A DNA stretch of 64,000 nt from Octopus sinensis (GCF_006345805.1 NC_043004.1:9796001-9860000), one strand, 5' to 3'. Numbered from the stretch's first letter, positions 28,590 to 43,022 are shown. Translations and numbers: made by a program. Notes: generated by a model not told the origin, from the letters alone.

Positions 28590-29440
28590 TATATATATGT
28601 GCAGATTTGCATGTTTTGTTTTATGTATGTATTCTCGTGCATCTAGTTGCATATCTAGACATGCTCATAATATTAAAATGGTAAACTTCTGGAAAGTTTT
28701 ACAGAATTTTACAGTTCCATTGATGGATTGGATCTGTAGTCTTCGAATTAGCTTTCTCCTTTCTTGTTTTGAGAAGCCTAATTTCCCAAGATTGGTATTT
28801 AGACAGTGTGTTAAATATTCCAGTGCTTCAATAATTACAGATATAAACATGAACTTGTAATCTGGATAGAGTAACTGCAGATTTCTCAATAGTTCAGCGT
28901 ATGTGTTCTCTTTTTGACTGATCTTCAGCTTTATGTTTTCATCCGCTTGGCAGCTAATTTCCTCAGCTGTATATAGTTTCTCTTCTTCATCCCAAATCAT
29001 TATATCAGGCCTGCTGCTGTGCTTACATTTTATTGAGATCTTCACTGGGTCTTTCCTCCAGTACTCCTTTTTCTTATGATTGACTATGGCTTCTACCATA
29101 CTGTGGGTTCTTATTTCTTTGTCCTCGGTGATTTTATTATAGCTACAATAACATGCCTCATCAATGGATAAAACTATGATGAGATTTTCGGACAACTGCG
29201 TCTGATGTGGGTGATATCTTCGGTGTGAACTCCACAAAGTCTGCATCGCTTGTCACATTTTTCTGCTTTTCCTGCATCTCTATCCATTTTGTGCATCAGG
29301 TATTTTGTTCTTGGATGGCAAACGCATACCCTTCAAAGTGGGAGTAGCAACCCGGCCATCGGTCCATGATAGACTGCTTTGATGTTCATTGTTATCATTT
29401 TGGAACTTTCTACTAACATGTCCATGCATGGTATTCTGAT
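28590..29440 (-). mobile_element. R4/Dong-like REL element 3' portion flanked by (CATA)n
   Basis: EGYAFAIQEQ RT-thumb remnant; ORF 28665-29246 with RPDIMIWD...EISCQAD...KENTYAELLRNL...LQIQSINGTVKFCKTF. Confidence 0.85.
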
Positions 29441-29493
29441 CTACGTACGTACGTACGTACGTACGTATGTATGTATGTATGTATGTATGTATG

Positions 29494-29524
<31 letters not shown>

Positions 29525-30310
29525 TTACGTACTTATGTATGTATGTACATGTGTATGTATGTATATGTCTATTTGTATGTGTGCATGCATAAATGTATGT
29601 ATGTATGTACGTACGTACAGCCGTATGTATGTGTATGTATATTTGTATGTGTGTATGCATGTGTGTATGTATGTACGTACAGATGTATGTGTCTATGTGT
29701 ATGTATGTATGTACGTACGTATGTACGTACGTATGTACGTACATATGTATGTATATGTATATTTGTTTGTGTGTATGTATGTACGTACAGATTTATGTGT
29801 GTGCGAATGTATGTATGTGTGTGTATGTATGTATGTATGTATGTATGTATGTATGTATGTATGTATGTATGTATGTATGTATGTATGTATGCCCGTATGT
29901 ATGCGTGTGTCTGTATAGCAATTTTGTTTTAATACGTTTGCAAACTGACGACCTGTCTCCCTTTCAGTCATTTCTGATTGCTGATTCTGATTGACAGTCA
30001 ACACATGAAACTCGAGTATTTTCTCGAAAGTTTAAATGAAAATAATGATATCCTTTATAAAGATATCCATTAACCTCATTGACTGCCTAGCTGTTGCTGT
30101 TGCGAAAATCGAACTCTCACCTTACCATCCAATATAATAAATTTTCTATGTGGTTTGTGGTGCTTAACATTATTGTTGTTTTGAATATATACACTGTATA
30201 GACCATATTTATATGTATATATATGTATGATATAATAATATATACATAAATAATTTTTAATATATACATATCAAAGCATATATACATGTATACATGTATA
30301 TATATATATA

Positions 30311-31052
30311 AGAATGAATGTTTTTATATATAATGAACGTGAAATACAGGAAGGGACGAACACGGAACACAGACAAATCATTCGAAGCCTTCAATCTTCA
30401 GTCAGACACCGAATCATCATAGCAAATTTCGGCTGTTCAATTCTGATATTTGCTCCAACTCGGCCAGCCCCAAGAAAAAAAACTAAGCTGTAAGCATTAG
30501 ATTTCTTGGTAGAAGACAGGAATGTGAACGCACAAGACGGATGTGAATACAAGAGACGAAAACGAAATTGAAAACAGTAATGAAAACAAAATATATATAA
30601 CGGTGGTTGTCATACGACTTTAGACCAAATGAGACAAAACAACAACAACATAGCAGCTGGCGTAGAAATAATTACCGTTTCGGTAGCGGGGACACATGTT
30701 GGTCGAGATACGAAGGCCAACAGAATGGTTGAAGAAGCAGCAGGTCGCAGGAGAGAGAGAAGGAGAGACAGAGAGAGAGGGAATCAAAGAGGGTGGAAGG
30801 CAGGGGACAGAATCAGTGACCAAGAGAGAAGGAGAAAGAAGGGATTAAGGAGGATGGGAGGAAGAGAGGGGAAGAATCGGAGGGCGCCAAAAAGTTTGGT
30901 GAAGAAGCAATGGCGGGTAGTAAAAGACAGTGTGTATAGAAGTCGTGCAGGGTTTAAAATTGGACAAACAAACGGGGGGGTGCACGTAACGCCGCAATAA
31001 TATAAGAATGAATGTTTTTATATATAATGAACGTGAAATACAGGAAGGGACG
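30311..31052 (-). mobile_element. Non-coding 694-bp unit with 48-bp terminal direct repeat (mini-PLE-like)
   Basis: agaatgaatgtttttatatataatgaacgtgaaatacaggaagggacg occurs at 30311-30358 and 31005-31052; flanked by TA-rich repeats. Confidence 0.55.
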
Positions 31053-31109
31053 TTTATAAATGTGTGTATATGTGCATATATGTGAGCATTTATATGATTA
31101 TGTATATAC

Positions 31110-31169
<60 letters not shown>

Positions 31170-31775
31170 GTACTTATATATATGCCTATATATACAGTTA
31201 TACATACATACTTATATAATACATATATGTACATAGATATGTCTTTATGTATGTGTGTCATTGTGTACAAGTTTGTGCTCCCGCGATATGTATTATAAAT
31301 GCAGAATATATATAAGCCTATATAATTAGTATAGACGCATACACCAACTCACATTCACACAAACACAAAGGAAAAGCACGCACAGACCCCACATCCACGG
31401 CTCTCGTACATATATACGTTGTTTCTTTTCTATATTGGTTTGCCACTTTTAGAAGAAAACTCCAGTCAATTTTGCAATAAGTAATTGACTGAGAGAGAGA
31501 GGAGAGAGAGAGAGAGAGAGAGTTGAAATGTTGGCTATCAACAGCAGCGAGAAACTACGAAAACTCCAGTTGAGTTATGTGAAGAGAAATAGAATTTAAG
31601 ACAAAGTAACTTTGAATTACTAACAAGGTTTAGCGTCCGGTGATCTGGTAATGGAGTTCAGTCGATAATGAAATCAGCAAAACGAATCAAGACGAGAGTT
31701 GTTGTAGATGGGAAACAGTTTCTATCGCAGTCGTGTGTGTATGTGTGGAGGTGTTTTAGTTTGTGTATATGTATG

Positions 31776-31817
<42 letters not shown>

Positions 31818-31860
31818 AGAGAGACACACATAGAGAAAGTGAGAGAGAGAGAGAGAGAGA

Positions 31861-31905
<45 letters not shown>

Positions 31906-32013
31906 AGATGTAGGTGTATATGTGAAGGTGTATACTTAGTATACGAACTTGTTTTCGTTTGCATGTGAGATGTTAATGTGTGTGCGTATCTATACGGAGG
32001 TATATTTAGTTGG

Positions 32014-32065
<52 letters not shown>

Positions 32066-32156
32066 ATTTATGCATGTATGTATATATGTGTGCATGTATG
32101 CATACATATATACACACAGACACGCACAGACACACACAGACACACACAGACACACT

Positions 32157-32188
<32 letters not shown>

Positions 32189-32402
32189 CGTATTTATAAA
32201 TATGGATGGACGTATATACATATATATGTTCATAATATATAATATATATACATATACTAGTATACACACAGCATGCATACATACGCATATATAAATATGC
32301 ATATTCATGTATATACAGGTATATATTTCTAATGTCCCTAGATTTGTATACACATACACATGTATACATGCAAATATGTATACATACATATGTGAGTGCG
32401 AA

Positions 32403-32439
<37 letters not shown>

Positions 32440-32737
32440 CCACTTTAAATAGGCTGAAGGTGAAATCAGATAAAAGGGTTCCGACCACTTATTGGATTCG
32501 CTACACAATCATTGTATTTACAAACAAACTTGCCTGCTCTCTCTCTCTCACTTCTCTTCGTTGTTATACCTCTTTACCTCTCCCTCTTACCCCTCTCTCT
32601 CTCTCTCTCTCTCTCTTTCTTAGTTACTCGTTTGCCTGTCTTCTGTCTTTTTCTTTTCTTTTTAAGCTTTTTTCAGACCCTTTTTATCTCGATTTTCCGT
32701 TATATAATTCTGTCTGTATTTTACATGTACGCATGCC

Positions 32738-32769
<32 letters not shown>

Positions 32770-32851
32770 GGAACAAAACACACACGTATATAGTGCGCAA
32801 CAGACATTGACATACGCTTTCGCATGTGTGTTTGCGTGTGTGTGTGCGCGC

Positions 32852-32902
<51 letters not shown>

Positions 32903-34994
32903 GTGTGTGCGTGTGTGTGTGTGTGTTTGTATGATGTATATACATATCATATACAGCAAGGCGTAATTTAAAAATGAAATAAATCTAAATATTAGAAAGT
33001 CGTAGCTGTGAGAGAGAATAATAAAAATGTAAACACGTTCTTCCTTTGCTGCAACGTCACCAACACCGAGCCCAGATCCGTCATTTCTGTCCTTGTGCCT
33101 ATTTTAGAAGTGATTGTCATTGCTTAATCCAGACTATCTCTGACTGAACCAAACAAAGGCGTTGGGGAACATTTTGCAACTATTTCCAGCAAGCTGGAAT
33201 ATAAACTACATAGAATTTTTTTTGCTGATCGTTGTCCACCCCGTTACCATAATGACAGCTATAATTGAGCAGACAGACCTATAGCCAAAGACAATCCAGC
33301 TTTGACAATATCGATTTCCTCCCAGCCCCACGCTAGTCAATGTGTGCTCTTTACAAGTATGTCATGCGTACTATGACGAATAATTCGCTGATGTTTTAAG
33401 AAACTTGGGTGACTTCGTTGGCTCATTGAATCATTATTTTTTTCTTTCGTTGGAGGGTTTGTCTTAGGCCGGTATTTTATTCTGAAGACATATTTAACTT
33501 TTTACCCACAGAAACCACAATTATGCACTCACTTATTCTCCTTCTGACCAACTGCGAAGTCCATGCCTTTGCGGTCGACCTGAATCGACTGGTGTGGCAG
33601 TATTGTTTCGGAAATACCCGATTGTAGAGAGAGAGAGAGAGAGGACCTTCCCTGGTCCGGATGGAAAGACGAAGTACTTTGACGCCAACAACAGAAAGAA
33701 CGACGATTGTGGCTTCATACTTGTTGCTGTTTGCTCCTCAGCATGATAGGCGGACTTCTTTAGACGCCAGGAGACATGCTCATTTGTGTTAGAGGGTGAT
33801 TGGAATGGCATAATGGTTGCACACAGGGTTTGTGCGGAAGGAACTGACAGGAAAGATTGCGTAAAAATCTTCGCAAGACTGTTCAATCACTTTCAACTTT
33901 CTGTTGCTTTGGAGTTGAGTAGGGAAACTGAACTCCCTTATTCGAAAATATAGGGACGCAGTGCGTCGATAGCCAACTGGAGACGATGTTTCCTGGGGCT
34001 AAGTAACAGTTACATTCGTCCTAATCAGGACTTCCACATTATGTTGGCAAATAATCTTTACTCTAGATTACTGTTACTGAATGTTTCCCGTTCAGAGACT
34101 TAGAAATAACAATTTCTCTATTTCTGACAAGCATATTCTTCATTCCATTAATATAGCATCTACTGCAATTAGCAGCAGACTGGATGTATTCCAGGTCGAG
34201 TGAACTGGAAACGCGTGTTGCTGCGAACACACTTATCCATACAAGTGGGATGTAATAAACAACTCCAAGCGCACAAACCCTGCTCAACACAGTGAGCCTA
34301 GCAACACCCCCAATGTCAGGTGCTACCTAGCCTTGATTTGCGTTTGACCAAGGACTACTTCTCGGCCAACAAGTTTGAGCTACGGGAAGATTTGTTACAA
34401 AAAAGATGCTCGTAGCAGTTACCTGCTGTCATCGACGCAACGGTCCCCGAATATTTACGCATACGTTACCCTCAACTCGAATCTGCGCATCATCAGTAAT
34501 ACAAGCTGGGACCCTAATACAATACCCTCTTTTGAGGTGGGGGACTTGTCTGTCGAAAAAAATTGGTTTATATCATTTGTTTCGGTTCTGAGAGGAAATC
34601 CGACCACAACTTAGCCTTCCGTAGTTCGGAGATGAATAAAATGAAATACAAATTCAGTATTGGGGTATCAGTTTGATCGACTTGTTCCTTTTTCCAAATT
34701 TTTCGGGCTTTGTGTTTATATTAGAAACAATTATTATTATTATTATTATTATGACTTCATAACCCCGAACTAATCTTAGAAAACTGCACTTAAATCTTTA
34801 CATAAATCTAAAAAAGAAAAAAAATCACAATAAAACATTAAAAGACAAAAAGAATGTCGAAGAAATTCTTCGCCCGAAAATTCTATAATCTATAAATCTC
34901 GTTGAGATGTAAATATTGTTGTAAACATCTCCTTCATGTTTCAAATATTATTCTAAGAGATTTCAAGATAACGAAAACATTATTCAACAATCTG

Positions 34995-35430
<436 letters not shown>

Positions 35431-35767
35431 TACCATCATTGAAATTTTCATTATGAAAGTCCATACTTTAACAGAAGCTTTAAAAACACACACACATATG
35501 CAGGCTCTTACTGTTTATGCTTCCATATGCGTATTTGCGTGTGCGTGTGTGTGTGCCTGCTTGTTTCTGTATGTGCACACGTGTGTGACAGATAAATTCT
35601 ATGTCTGTGTGTGTTAGTCTTAGTATGTGCATGTGAAGGAAATGTGTGTGTATACATGTAAGCGTATACATCAGCATATTTGCATTTTCTTTGTCCTATC
35701 TCCACATTTCTCTCACACGTCTCTCTATTTCTCTCTCCATCTCTCTCTATCTTTCTATCTATCTATA

Positions 35768-35851
<84 letters not shown>

Positions 35852-36689
35852 GCTCTCTTGCTTTCTTTTTTCAGTTTCCTTTCCTATCTCTGTTTGTCTC
35901 TCGTTATGTTTTTCCAGTAAACGAGCCAACCACACAAACGAAATACCAATTGAGATTCGGAAAAGTGGTTCGATTTTAATGATAATCTATTAAGAGTGAA
36001 CTTCTTCGACCATTATAGAATCCTTATTATATCCTCAGTTCCATGCCGGATGTATCCAATAATATCATTCTAGCCTTGTCTTCTCATCAAAGTTCTTAAG
36101 TCATAACATACGTACACCTTCTTTTTAACGAATTCCAGTTCAAAGATTCAAGTGAGAGCAGCCGATGCTTTCCCAAAAGAAAATCGAAACGTGCCAATCA
36201 CTTGAAAGTTGCGACGAATGGAAATTCTTCGAGTAGAATTTACGAAATTTTATTAAAAAAAATAGAACCGCAAAAATAGTCAGAAATAATCATACAACGA
36301 GTGTATGTATGTATGCATGCATGTATGTATGTGTATAGTATGTATACATACACACACATATATATACATACATATTCCAATGTTATTGCTTGTAAATGAT
36401 ATATATATATATGTATGTATGTGAGTGTATATATATATGTATATATATTCATTTATGTATGTAAAAATATATATGTATATATATATATATATATATATAC
36501 ATATACATACACGCACACACACACATATGGATATAAAGGTACGGATATGCATACAGGCTGTGCATAAATATGTGTATAAAAGGGTGTCTGTATCTGCTTA
36601 AATAATTATATTCGTAGTTTATTTAAACCCCTCTCTCTTCTATTTTTCGCCTTACACACAATCGTTATACACTGACATACACACACCAT

Positions 36690-36705
36690 ATACATATATG
36701 CATAA

Positions 36706-36754
<49 letters not shown>

Positions 36755-36877
36755 TATATATATATATGCATATATATATATGCATATATATATGTATATA
36801 TAATATATATATATATATAGATATATATATATATATATATATATTCATATATATATATGCATATATATATATATATA

Positions 36878-36932
<55 letters not shown>

Positions 36933-37010
36933 GCATATATATATACGTATGTATATATATATATGCATATATATATATGCATATATATATATATATATAT
37001 ATGCATATAT
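36690..37010. repeat. Interrupted (TA)n/(TATGCA) tract
   Basis: Direct inspection. Confidence 0.9.
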
Positions 37011-37468
37011 GTATATACTTGTACATGCATGTACATGCGCATATAGCGTGTATGTGAACGACTGTATGCATGGACATATGTGGATATATTTTGTGTGTGT
37101 TTACATGTTTGTGTGTACATGTCCACGTCTGTTTTTGCGTATATGTAGATGTTTACTTTATTTACAATTACACATGTTTGTTCAGAAAATATGAGAAGAA
37201 AAATCAGTGAACAACACATTTCTGCTGTCCTATGAATATTTTCGGATAAAATATATTTTCGTTGATTTTTAATTTTGTTTTCGTATTTCTGTTGTTATAA
37301 CAACTTTACACATTCTTCTTCCATGTTCTATTTTCTAAGAAATATATTTGTATACACCGTTTATGCTTTCATCTTTTACTTGTTTCACTCATTAGACTGC
37401 GGCCATGCTGGGACAGCACAGCTTTGAAGAAATCTAGTCAAATGAATCTATCCCACTACTTGTTTGTT

Positions 37469-37517
<49 letters not shown>

Positions 37518-37533
37518 GTATATATGCATATAT

Positions 37534-37583
<50 letters not shown>

Positions 37584-37709
37584 CATACATGCATACATAC
37601 ATACATACATACAATACATACATACATACATACATACATACATACATACATACATACATACATACATACATGCATACATACATACATACATACATATTGA
37701 TCATGGAGC

Positions 37710-38820
37710 AAGTGATACTCAGGCCAACGACATATTGGACTTCTGCTTTACAAATAATATGGACCTTATCCATGATGTGAAGGCGACACCAGCAGCACTC
37801 TCAAATCACTACATTGTTGAACTATGTATGGTTCTGCGCTATCTGCTGGCATCTACTTTATCCGGCGGACTCAAGCCTTATCTAAAGTGATATTCTGTAA
37901 TGCAAAATAGGAATCAATCCGCAAAGAGGTCCACAAACGGAACTGGTCCAATATTCTATGTAGGCAAGATATTAACTTGAATCTCAGCCAGTTTATGCCA
38001 ACAGTGCAAGCTATATGCACTAAATATACCCCAGAAACAAAGGCCAGAATACACTGACAAACAAGATTCGCAGGGACAGAAAAATCCTAATGAGACGCAG
38101 GTCCAAGGTCTCAAAGCGGATGAATAGGCAACTGAGGGATAAGGAGAAGTCTATCTTAATACGGACACTCCTGGAAATCGAAAACAAAATCAAAGTCTCT
38201 CAGGAAAGGGAAAGAGCAGAGTGAGAGAGAGAAGAGAGCTGTGAAAGCATAAAAACAAATCCCAAAACTTTCTATAAATTCGCAAAGGAAACAGTCACAA
38301 TACAAATAGAAAATAGGACCATTGTTCCCAGGGAATGACTCACTGACAGCGGACCCAGGAAGGATAAGTGAGATGCTTAGTAAACAATTTAAAAGCGTCT
38401 TCCCTTCCCCACTTGGACCCATGCAGATAAAAATCCAGCTGAATTCTTTGATATTGAAACTCTAAAAAAGGAGGCGCCAGCCATCGTCGATTACATCGTC
38501 ATTGCGGAGACATGTAACAGCGGCCATAGATGAAATGAGCTCATGATCCGCAACTGGTCTTCATGGCTTCCCAGCTATTTTCCTGCAGTCATATAAGCAG
38601 ACTTTAGCGAAACCACTTCAAATACTTTGACAAAATTTCCTTGCAAGTGGTAAACTTCCTAAAATACTGAAAGAAGGCATTATACCCTCTATCCACAAAG
38701 GTGGAAGCATAACAGCGGTCAAAAACTACAGGCCAATCTCTCTGAATTCATACATCAGTAAAGTCATGGAGCGAATCATCAGAAAAACTTTGATAATGTT
38801 CCTAGAAGAAAATGACGAAG
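37710..38820 (+). pseudogene. CR1-like LINE ORF2 fragment (end of APE, linker, RT N-terminus), decayed
   Basis: ILDFCFTNN near the 5' end; LAKPLQIL...ASGKLPKILKEGIIPSIHKGGS...KNYRPISLNSYISKVMERII at the 3' end. Confidence 0.85.
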
Positions 38821-39072
38821 TTTCGTGATTCAGTTTGGTATAACTAATAACTTACAATGATAACTATTATTATTATTGTTGTTATTATTATTATTATTAT
38901 CATTATTATTATCATTATTATTATTATTACTGTGGTGGTTAAAACTGAGAATCACGCTAACAGAAACAGCTGTAAGTAGAGATTCTGTCTTTTTGTAATT
39001 AATTAATAAATGATAATTGATGTAAATCAATGGTTTTTGATCATTTGTATCTCCATTTTCTGTTTCCCTTGA

Positions 39073-39122
<50 letters not shown>

Positions 39123-39139
39123 ATATATATAAAGGATGC

Positions 39140-39715
39140 GAGTGGGTAATTTGTCGCCATTTGATATTTTAAATTTCGTGCATGCGCATGTTTGTTTTTC
39201 ATTTTATTGACTACACTGTATAGTAGGATCAGTTGGGCACCGTCTGTGAGAAAAACAGCACTATGACGCAATTCAATCAGCCACAAATTTGGAAAGAACA
39301 TGCTGTGCTACTTTGTATTCGGACCGGAAGCTCAAATACGAACATTTCAGAGTGTTTGGGTGCCAATGTGAGGACAGTGTAATCTGAGGACAAATACCGA
39401 GAGTGATAAAAATCAAACATCCAGTCAACATCATGGTGTCTGGAGTGATCACTAGCGATGGCGACGTTATGCCTCCATTCATCTTCCCACACGGCCTGAC
39501 ACTCAGCAGGGAAGCCTACATCGTGTGTCTCGAGCAGGTAGTGCTGCCCTAGGTCAAGAGGGTGGCTGCTGGAAGACCCTGTCTTGCAACAAGACTCCGC
39601 ACCATGCCACACAAGCAGGAGAACCCAGTCATGGCTGTCAGACAATTTCTGCGACCACATCAGCCCTAACATCTGGCCATCTAACTCCCCACACTGCAAC
39701 CCCATTGATTATTTT
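39140..39715 (+). pseudogene. Internally deleted DD37D (maT) transposase remnant
   Basis: KHPVNIMVSGVITSDG...QQDSAPCHT...IWPSNSPHCNPLDY with 37 residues between the 2nd and 3rd Asp. The N-terminus is fused directly to the catalytic domain. Confidence 0.8.
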
Positions 39716-39983
39716 TATTACTTTTTTTCTTCTTTCAAATTTGCTTCCATTTCTTGCTGAGTGTCTTCCCGACTCCTAGGGCAAAGAAACTCATAGCATA
39801 CATTGGTTGGCCATTAAACCAAACTCAGTAGTTCGTTCATTTTTTTTTTTTTTTTTAAAGTTAAATTAAAATACATGAGCACAACAGTTCTCACATCGAC
39901 CATGCTCTTCTCAATACGTTGTGAGGTACCAGTTAAGACAATCTTTGCACTTCTTGCAGGGATGGTAAGCAGGGATCATTCTC

Positions 39984-40020
<37 letters not shown>

Positions 40021-40134
40021 ATGATGATGATGATGATGATGAGGGTGGTGGGTGGGGTGGGGTGGGGTGGGGTGTGCGGTTGTTGAGCAAGAGAGAAAAG
40101 TAGCATTCACTAACCCGATTTTTTAAAAATAGTT

Positions 40135-40358
40135 ATATATGGATGAGACATATACACCAGGTCGACATATATACACAAATATAAATATATATATACCGGA
40201 GTAAGCACATAAATGTGAAACAAGGTAGGTGGAAAAAAGAGTACTCAAATACCAGAGGTAGAGTAATATGCTATATTTAAAAGCAGCAGAAATATAACAA
40301 AAGCTGTTACTCGGAGTTTCACGTTCCCGTTCGTCGGACAGTTTTGTTAACAAAACTG
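40135..40358 (-). mobile_element. PLE terminal fragment with HHR
   Basis: Carries the HHR at 40303-40342; its 5' end is a perfect 20-bp palindrome (40339-40358). Confidence 0.55.
40303..40342 (-). ncRNA. Type-I hammerhead, core CCGACGA
   Basis: CTGT-CCGACGA-ACG(ggaa)CGT-GAAA-CTC(c)GAG-TA-ACAG. All three stems pair; stem III is closable only as a dimer. Confidence 0.65.
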
Positions 40359-40371
40359 CAACCTCGTGTGT

Positions 40372-40560
40372 ACCGTTGGCGATTTTTTTTCCTCTGTCTT
40401 CCCTTCTCTGGATCTTTCCTTCTCCTATGTTTCCGACGAAGAGCTCCGCTCGAAACGTTAAACCCTCCTTCTTTCCTTCTTTCCTGAGCGTCCAATAATA
40501 CTATATTTGTTCCACGTCCTCGCGTTGTGTTTTTTTGTGCTTTCTTGTTTGGATTAACTA
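40372..40560 (+). mobile_element. PLE pLTR fragment ending at (TA)n
   Basis: Same family as 7277-7437 and 58823-59023. Confidence 0.7.
40429..40463 (+). ncRNA. Minimal type-I hammerhead, core CCGACGA
   Basis: GTTT-CCGACGA-A-GAGC(tcc)GCTC-GAAA-CG-TT-AAAC. Confidence 0.65.
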
Positions 40561-40682
40561 TATATATATATATATACATTTATATACATACATCTATATA
40601 TATGCAGATAGATGTATATGTATGTGTGCGTGTATGCGTGTGTGTGTGTGTGCGTGTATATTTATGCACATATCTGTGTATG

Positions 40683-40902
40683 CACGACAAAGTGCTGAAA
40701 AATTCCTGGCCTTGGGTAAAAGAAGATACAGGATGATCATTTTGTTATAATTTTATTGAACATATTTCACTCACAGATTCACACCCTTCCTGCAGCGCTC
40801 CTTCAGTTTTTCTAAGCCCTGTAAAAGAACTTGGAAGGTTGGGCCTTATACAAGTTTTTTCGTGATACCCTTAATGCCAGGAACTTTTCAGCACCCCTCG
40901 TG
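40683..40902. mobile_element. Mariner-type MITE (about 220 bp)
   Basis: Imperfect TIRs of about 27 bp: cacgacaaagtgctgaaaaattcctggc versus gccaggaacttttcagcacccctcgtg. Confidence 0.65.
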
Positions 40903-40912
40903 TGTGGGGGGG

Positions 40913-41474
40913 TGTAAGATCCAGGGACCGAGGTGTAGGAAGAAAGTTAGATTCAAACAATCCGTAGTAAGTATTAAAAAAAACAACTTTCAGGGACAAG
41001 AGTGGTTGTGAATTATTTTAGTATCGAAGTCCGATAAACTGAAAAAGTTCTTTTTATATTTCACGGTAGGCGACTAGGGTTTCCGAGTGTGCGAATAAGA
41101 ATACAATAATAACGGAATAGAGTAGATAAGATCCGGGCTATGTATGTTTCATAGCGAGCGGAAGCTTAGAATTGGTATATATCCAGGCGAGATACATACT
41201 GCAGGTGTAGGCCGAGGATATCGTGATTAATTGTTATCTTGCTTAATATTCTCCCCCACCCCTACTGTGCTTTCTACACATTCTGATTGAACCTATCATG
41301 CGTTAACATGTACCTCCTTGCGGCAATGTAAACTTTCATCTAATCAAGATATCCTTGGCCTAAATAGTAACCTGCGCTATACACCTCGCTTGGATATTCA
41401 CCACTTCCGAGGTTCCGCTCGCTATGAAACATATGTAGCCCGGATCTTATCTGCTCCACTCCTTAACTTTACAC
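40913..41474 (-). mobile_element. Putative solo LTR containing an internal inverted repeat
   Basis: Ends TGTAA...TTACA; TATAAAA on the minus strand near 41055. No target-site duplication found. Confidence 0.35.
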
Positions 41475-41484
41475 ACACACACAC

Positions 41485-41544
<60 letters not shown>

Positions 41545-41546
<2 letters not shown>

Positions 41547-41695
41547 ACTCATTAATTGAATGGACCATAAACAAAACTTGACTTAAACAGGATTTAGATA
41601 ATCCTATCAGGTGGTGCTATTAAGTCAGACATGGCTTGGACTAAACTTTGGTCGAAACATATCTAAGTTTATCTAAGTTTATATGGTTTGTTTAC
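41545..41695 (+). mobile_element. CR1-like LINE extreme 3' end
   Basis: Matches 8330-8450; tail (atctaagttt)x2. Confidence 0.75.
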
Positions 41696-41964
41696 AATCA
41701 TTATATGTAGTATTGGGCAGTTAAAGTATATATGCATAAACTTTGGCTGAAATTGATGGGTGAGCATTGGGTCCAATCGAATACGCAAGGAGCCGTTTAA
41801 GCGTTGACTTTTGGGTTCGATTCTGGCTTGGGTTAGCTCATCATTTTCGGTCAATGTTTATATATATATATAAATGTCGCTTTAAATCGGAGTATATATA
41901 TTATCATTATGATATATTATTATCTGTTTATGTGTGTGCATGTGTGTGTGTGAAATAATATATA

Positions 41965-42182
41965 TTTCTTTACTACCCACAAGGGGCTAAACATAGAGGG
42001 ACAGACAAAGGGATTAAGTCGATTATATCAACCCAGTGCGAAACTGGTACTTTATTTATCGACCCCGAGAGGATGAAAGGCAAAGTCGACTTCGGCGGAA
42101 TTTGAACTCAGAACGTAACGACAGACGAAATACCGCAAAGCATTTCGCCCGGCGCGCTAAAGTTTCTGCCAGCTCGCCGCCT
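41965..42182 (-). mobile_element. SINE family C
   Basis: Minus strand: ggcggcgagctggcagaaac-ttagc...gttctgagttcaaattccgccgaagtcgactttgcctttcatcc. Confidence 0.8.
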
Positions 42183-42975
42183 AACCATCAGCTCCGTCAT
42201 CATCACATTAACACTGCTACAATCACAACTACTACTACTACTAACACTACAATCACCTACAATCACCACACCACCACATGTACAATCACTACCACCACTG
42301 ATACCAACACCAGCACCAGCACCACTGATATCGCCAACACCACCACCACTTTCACCATCACTCTAAACACCGTCACCGATACCTCCATGCATCACCAGCA
42401 CCATTCCCACATTTCCTATCTAACACCACAAGAATCAACACCAGCGCCACCACACCTACCACCACCACCACCACCATCTTCGCTGGCATTTTAAGAATAT
42501 ATTTCTAAAACAGGTGTAAGTCATTTGCTGTCCAGAGTCACCGAGAGTCTCGTCCTGAAAACTAGTTTGTTAAAGGTCGCTTCACCATTCTACCTTTTGT
42601 CACTCATCAATAAACATTATCTTAGAAACATCTGAAGGCTTCTGACTTCTCTTTCATCTTTTTCATACCATTCTTCCACTGACATTTCACACAGCAGCTA
42701 CACCTTATTTTCTCTGTCTCTCTCACTCTTCCCATCCCCCTAACACTACTCCTCGTATCTCTTACAATCTATTAAACGGTCTGTCTGTCTGTCTGTAAGT
42801 GTGCATGTATAGCTACACACAGAGTTAGATACCGAGAGAGAAGGGGAGAAGAGGAAGAGAGAGGAGAGAGGAGAGCGAGAGGAGAGAGGAGAGCGAGAGG
42901 AGGAGAGGGAGAGAGAGGGTGGAGGAGAGAGATTTTTATGATTGTCTCTGTGTTTCTATATATGTGTGTATATAC

Positions 42976-43022
<47 letters not shown>

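Noticed and set aside
34380-34620. CTGATGA on the minus strand at about 34488-34494
   Set aside because: No GAAA strand or pairing partners at workable distance in either order.
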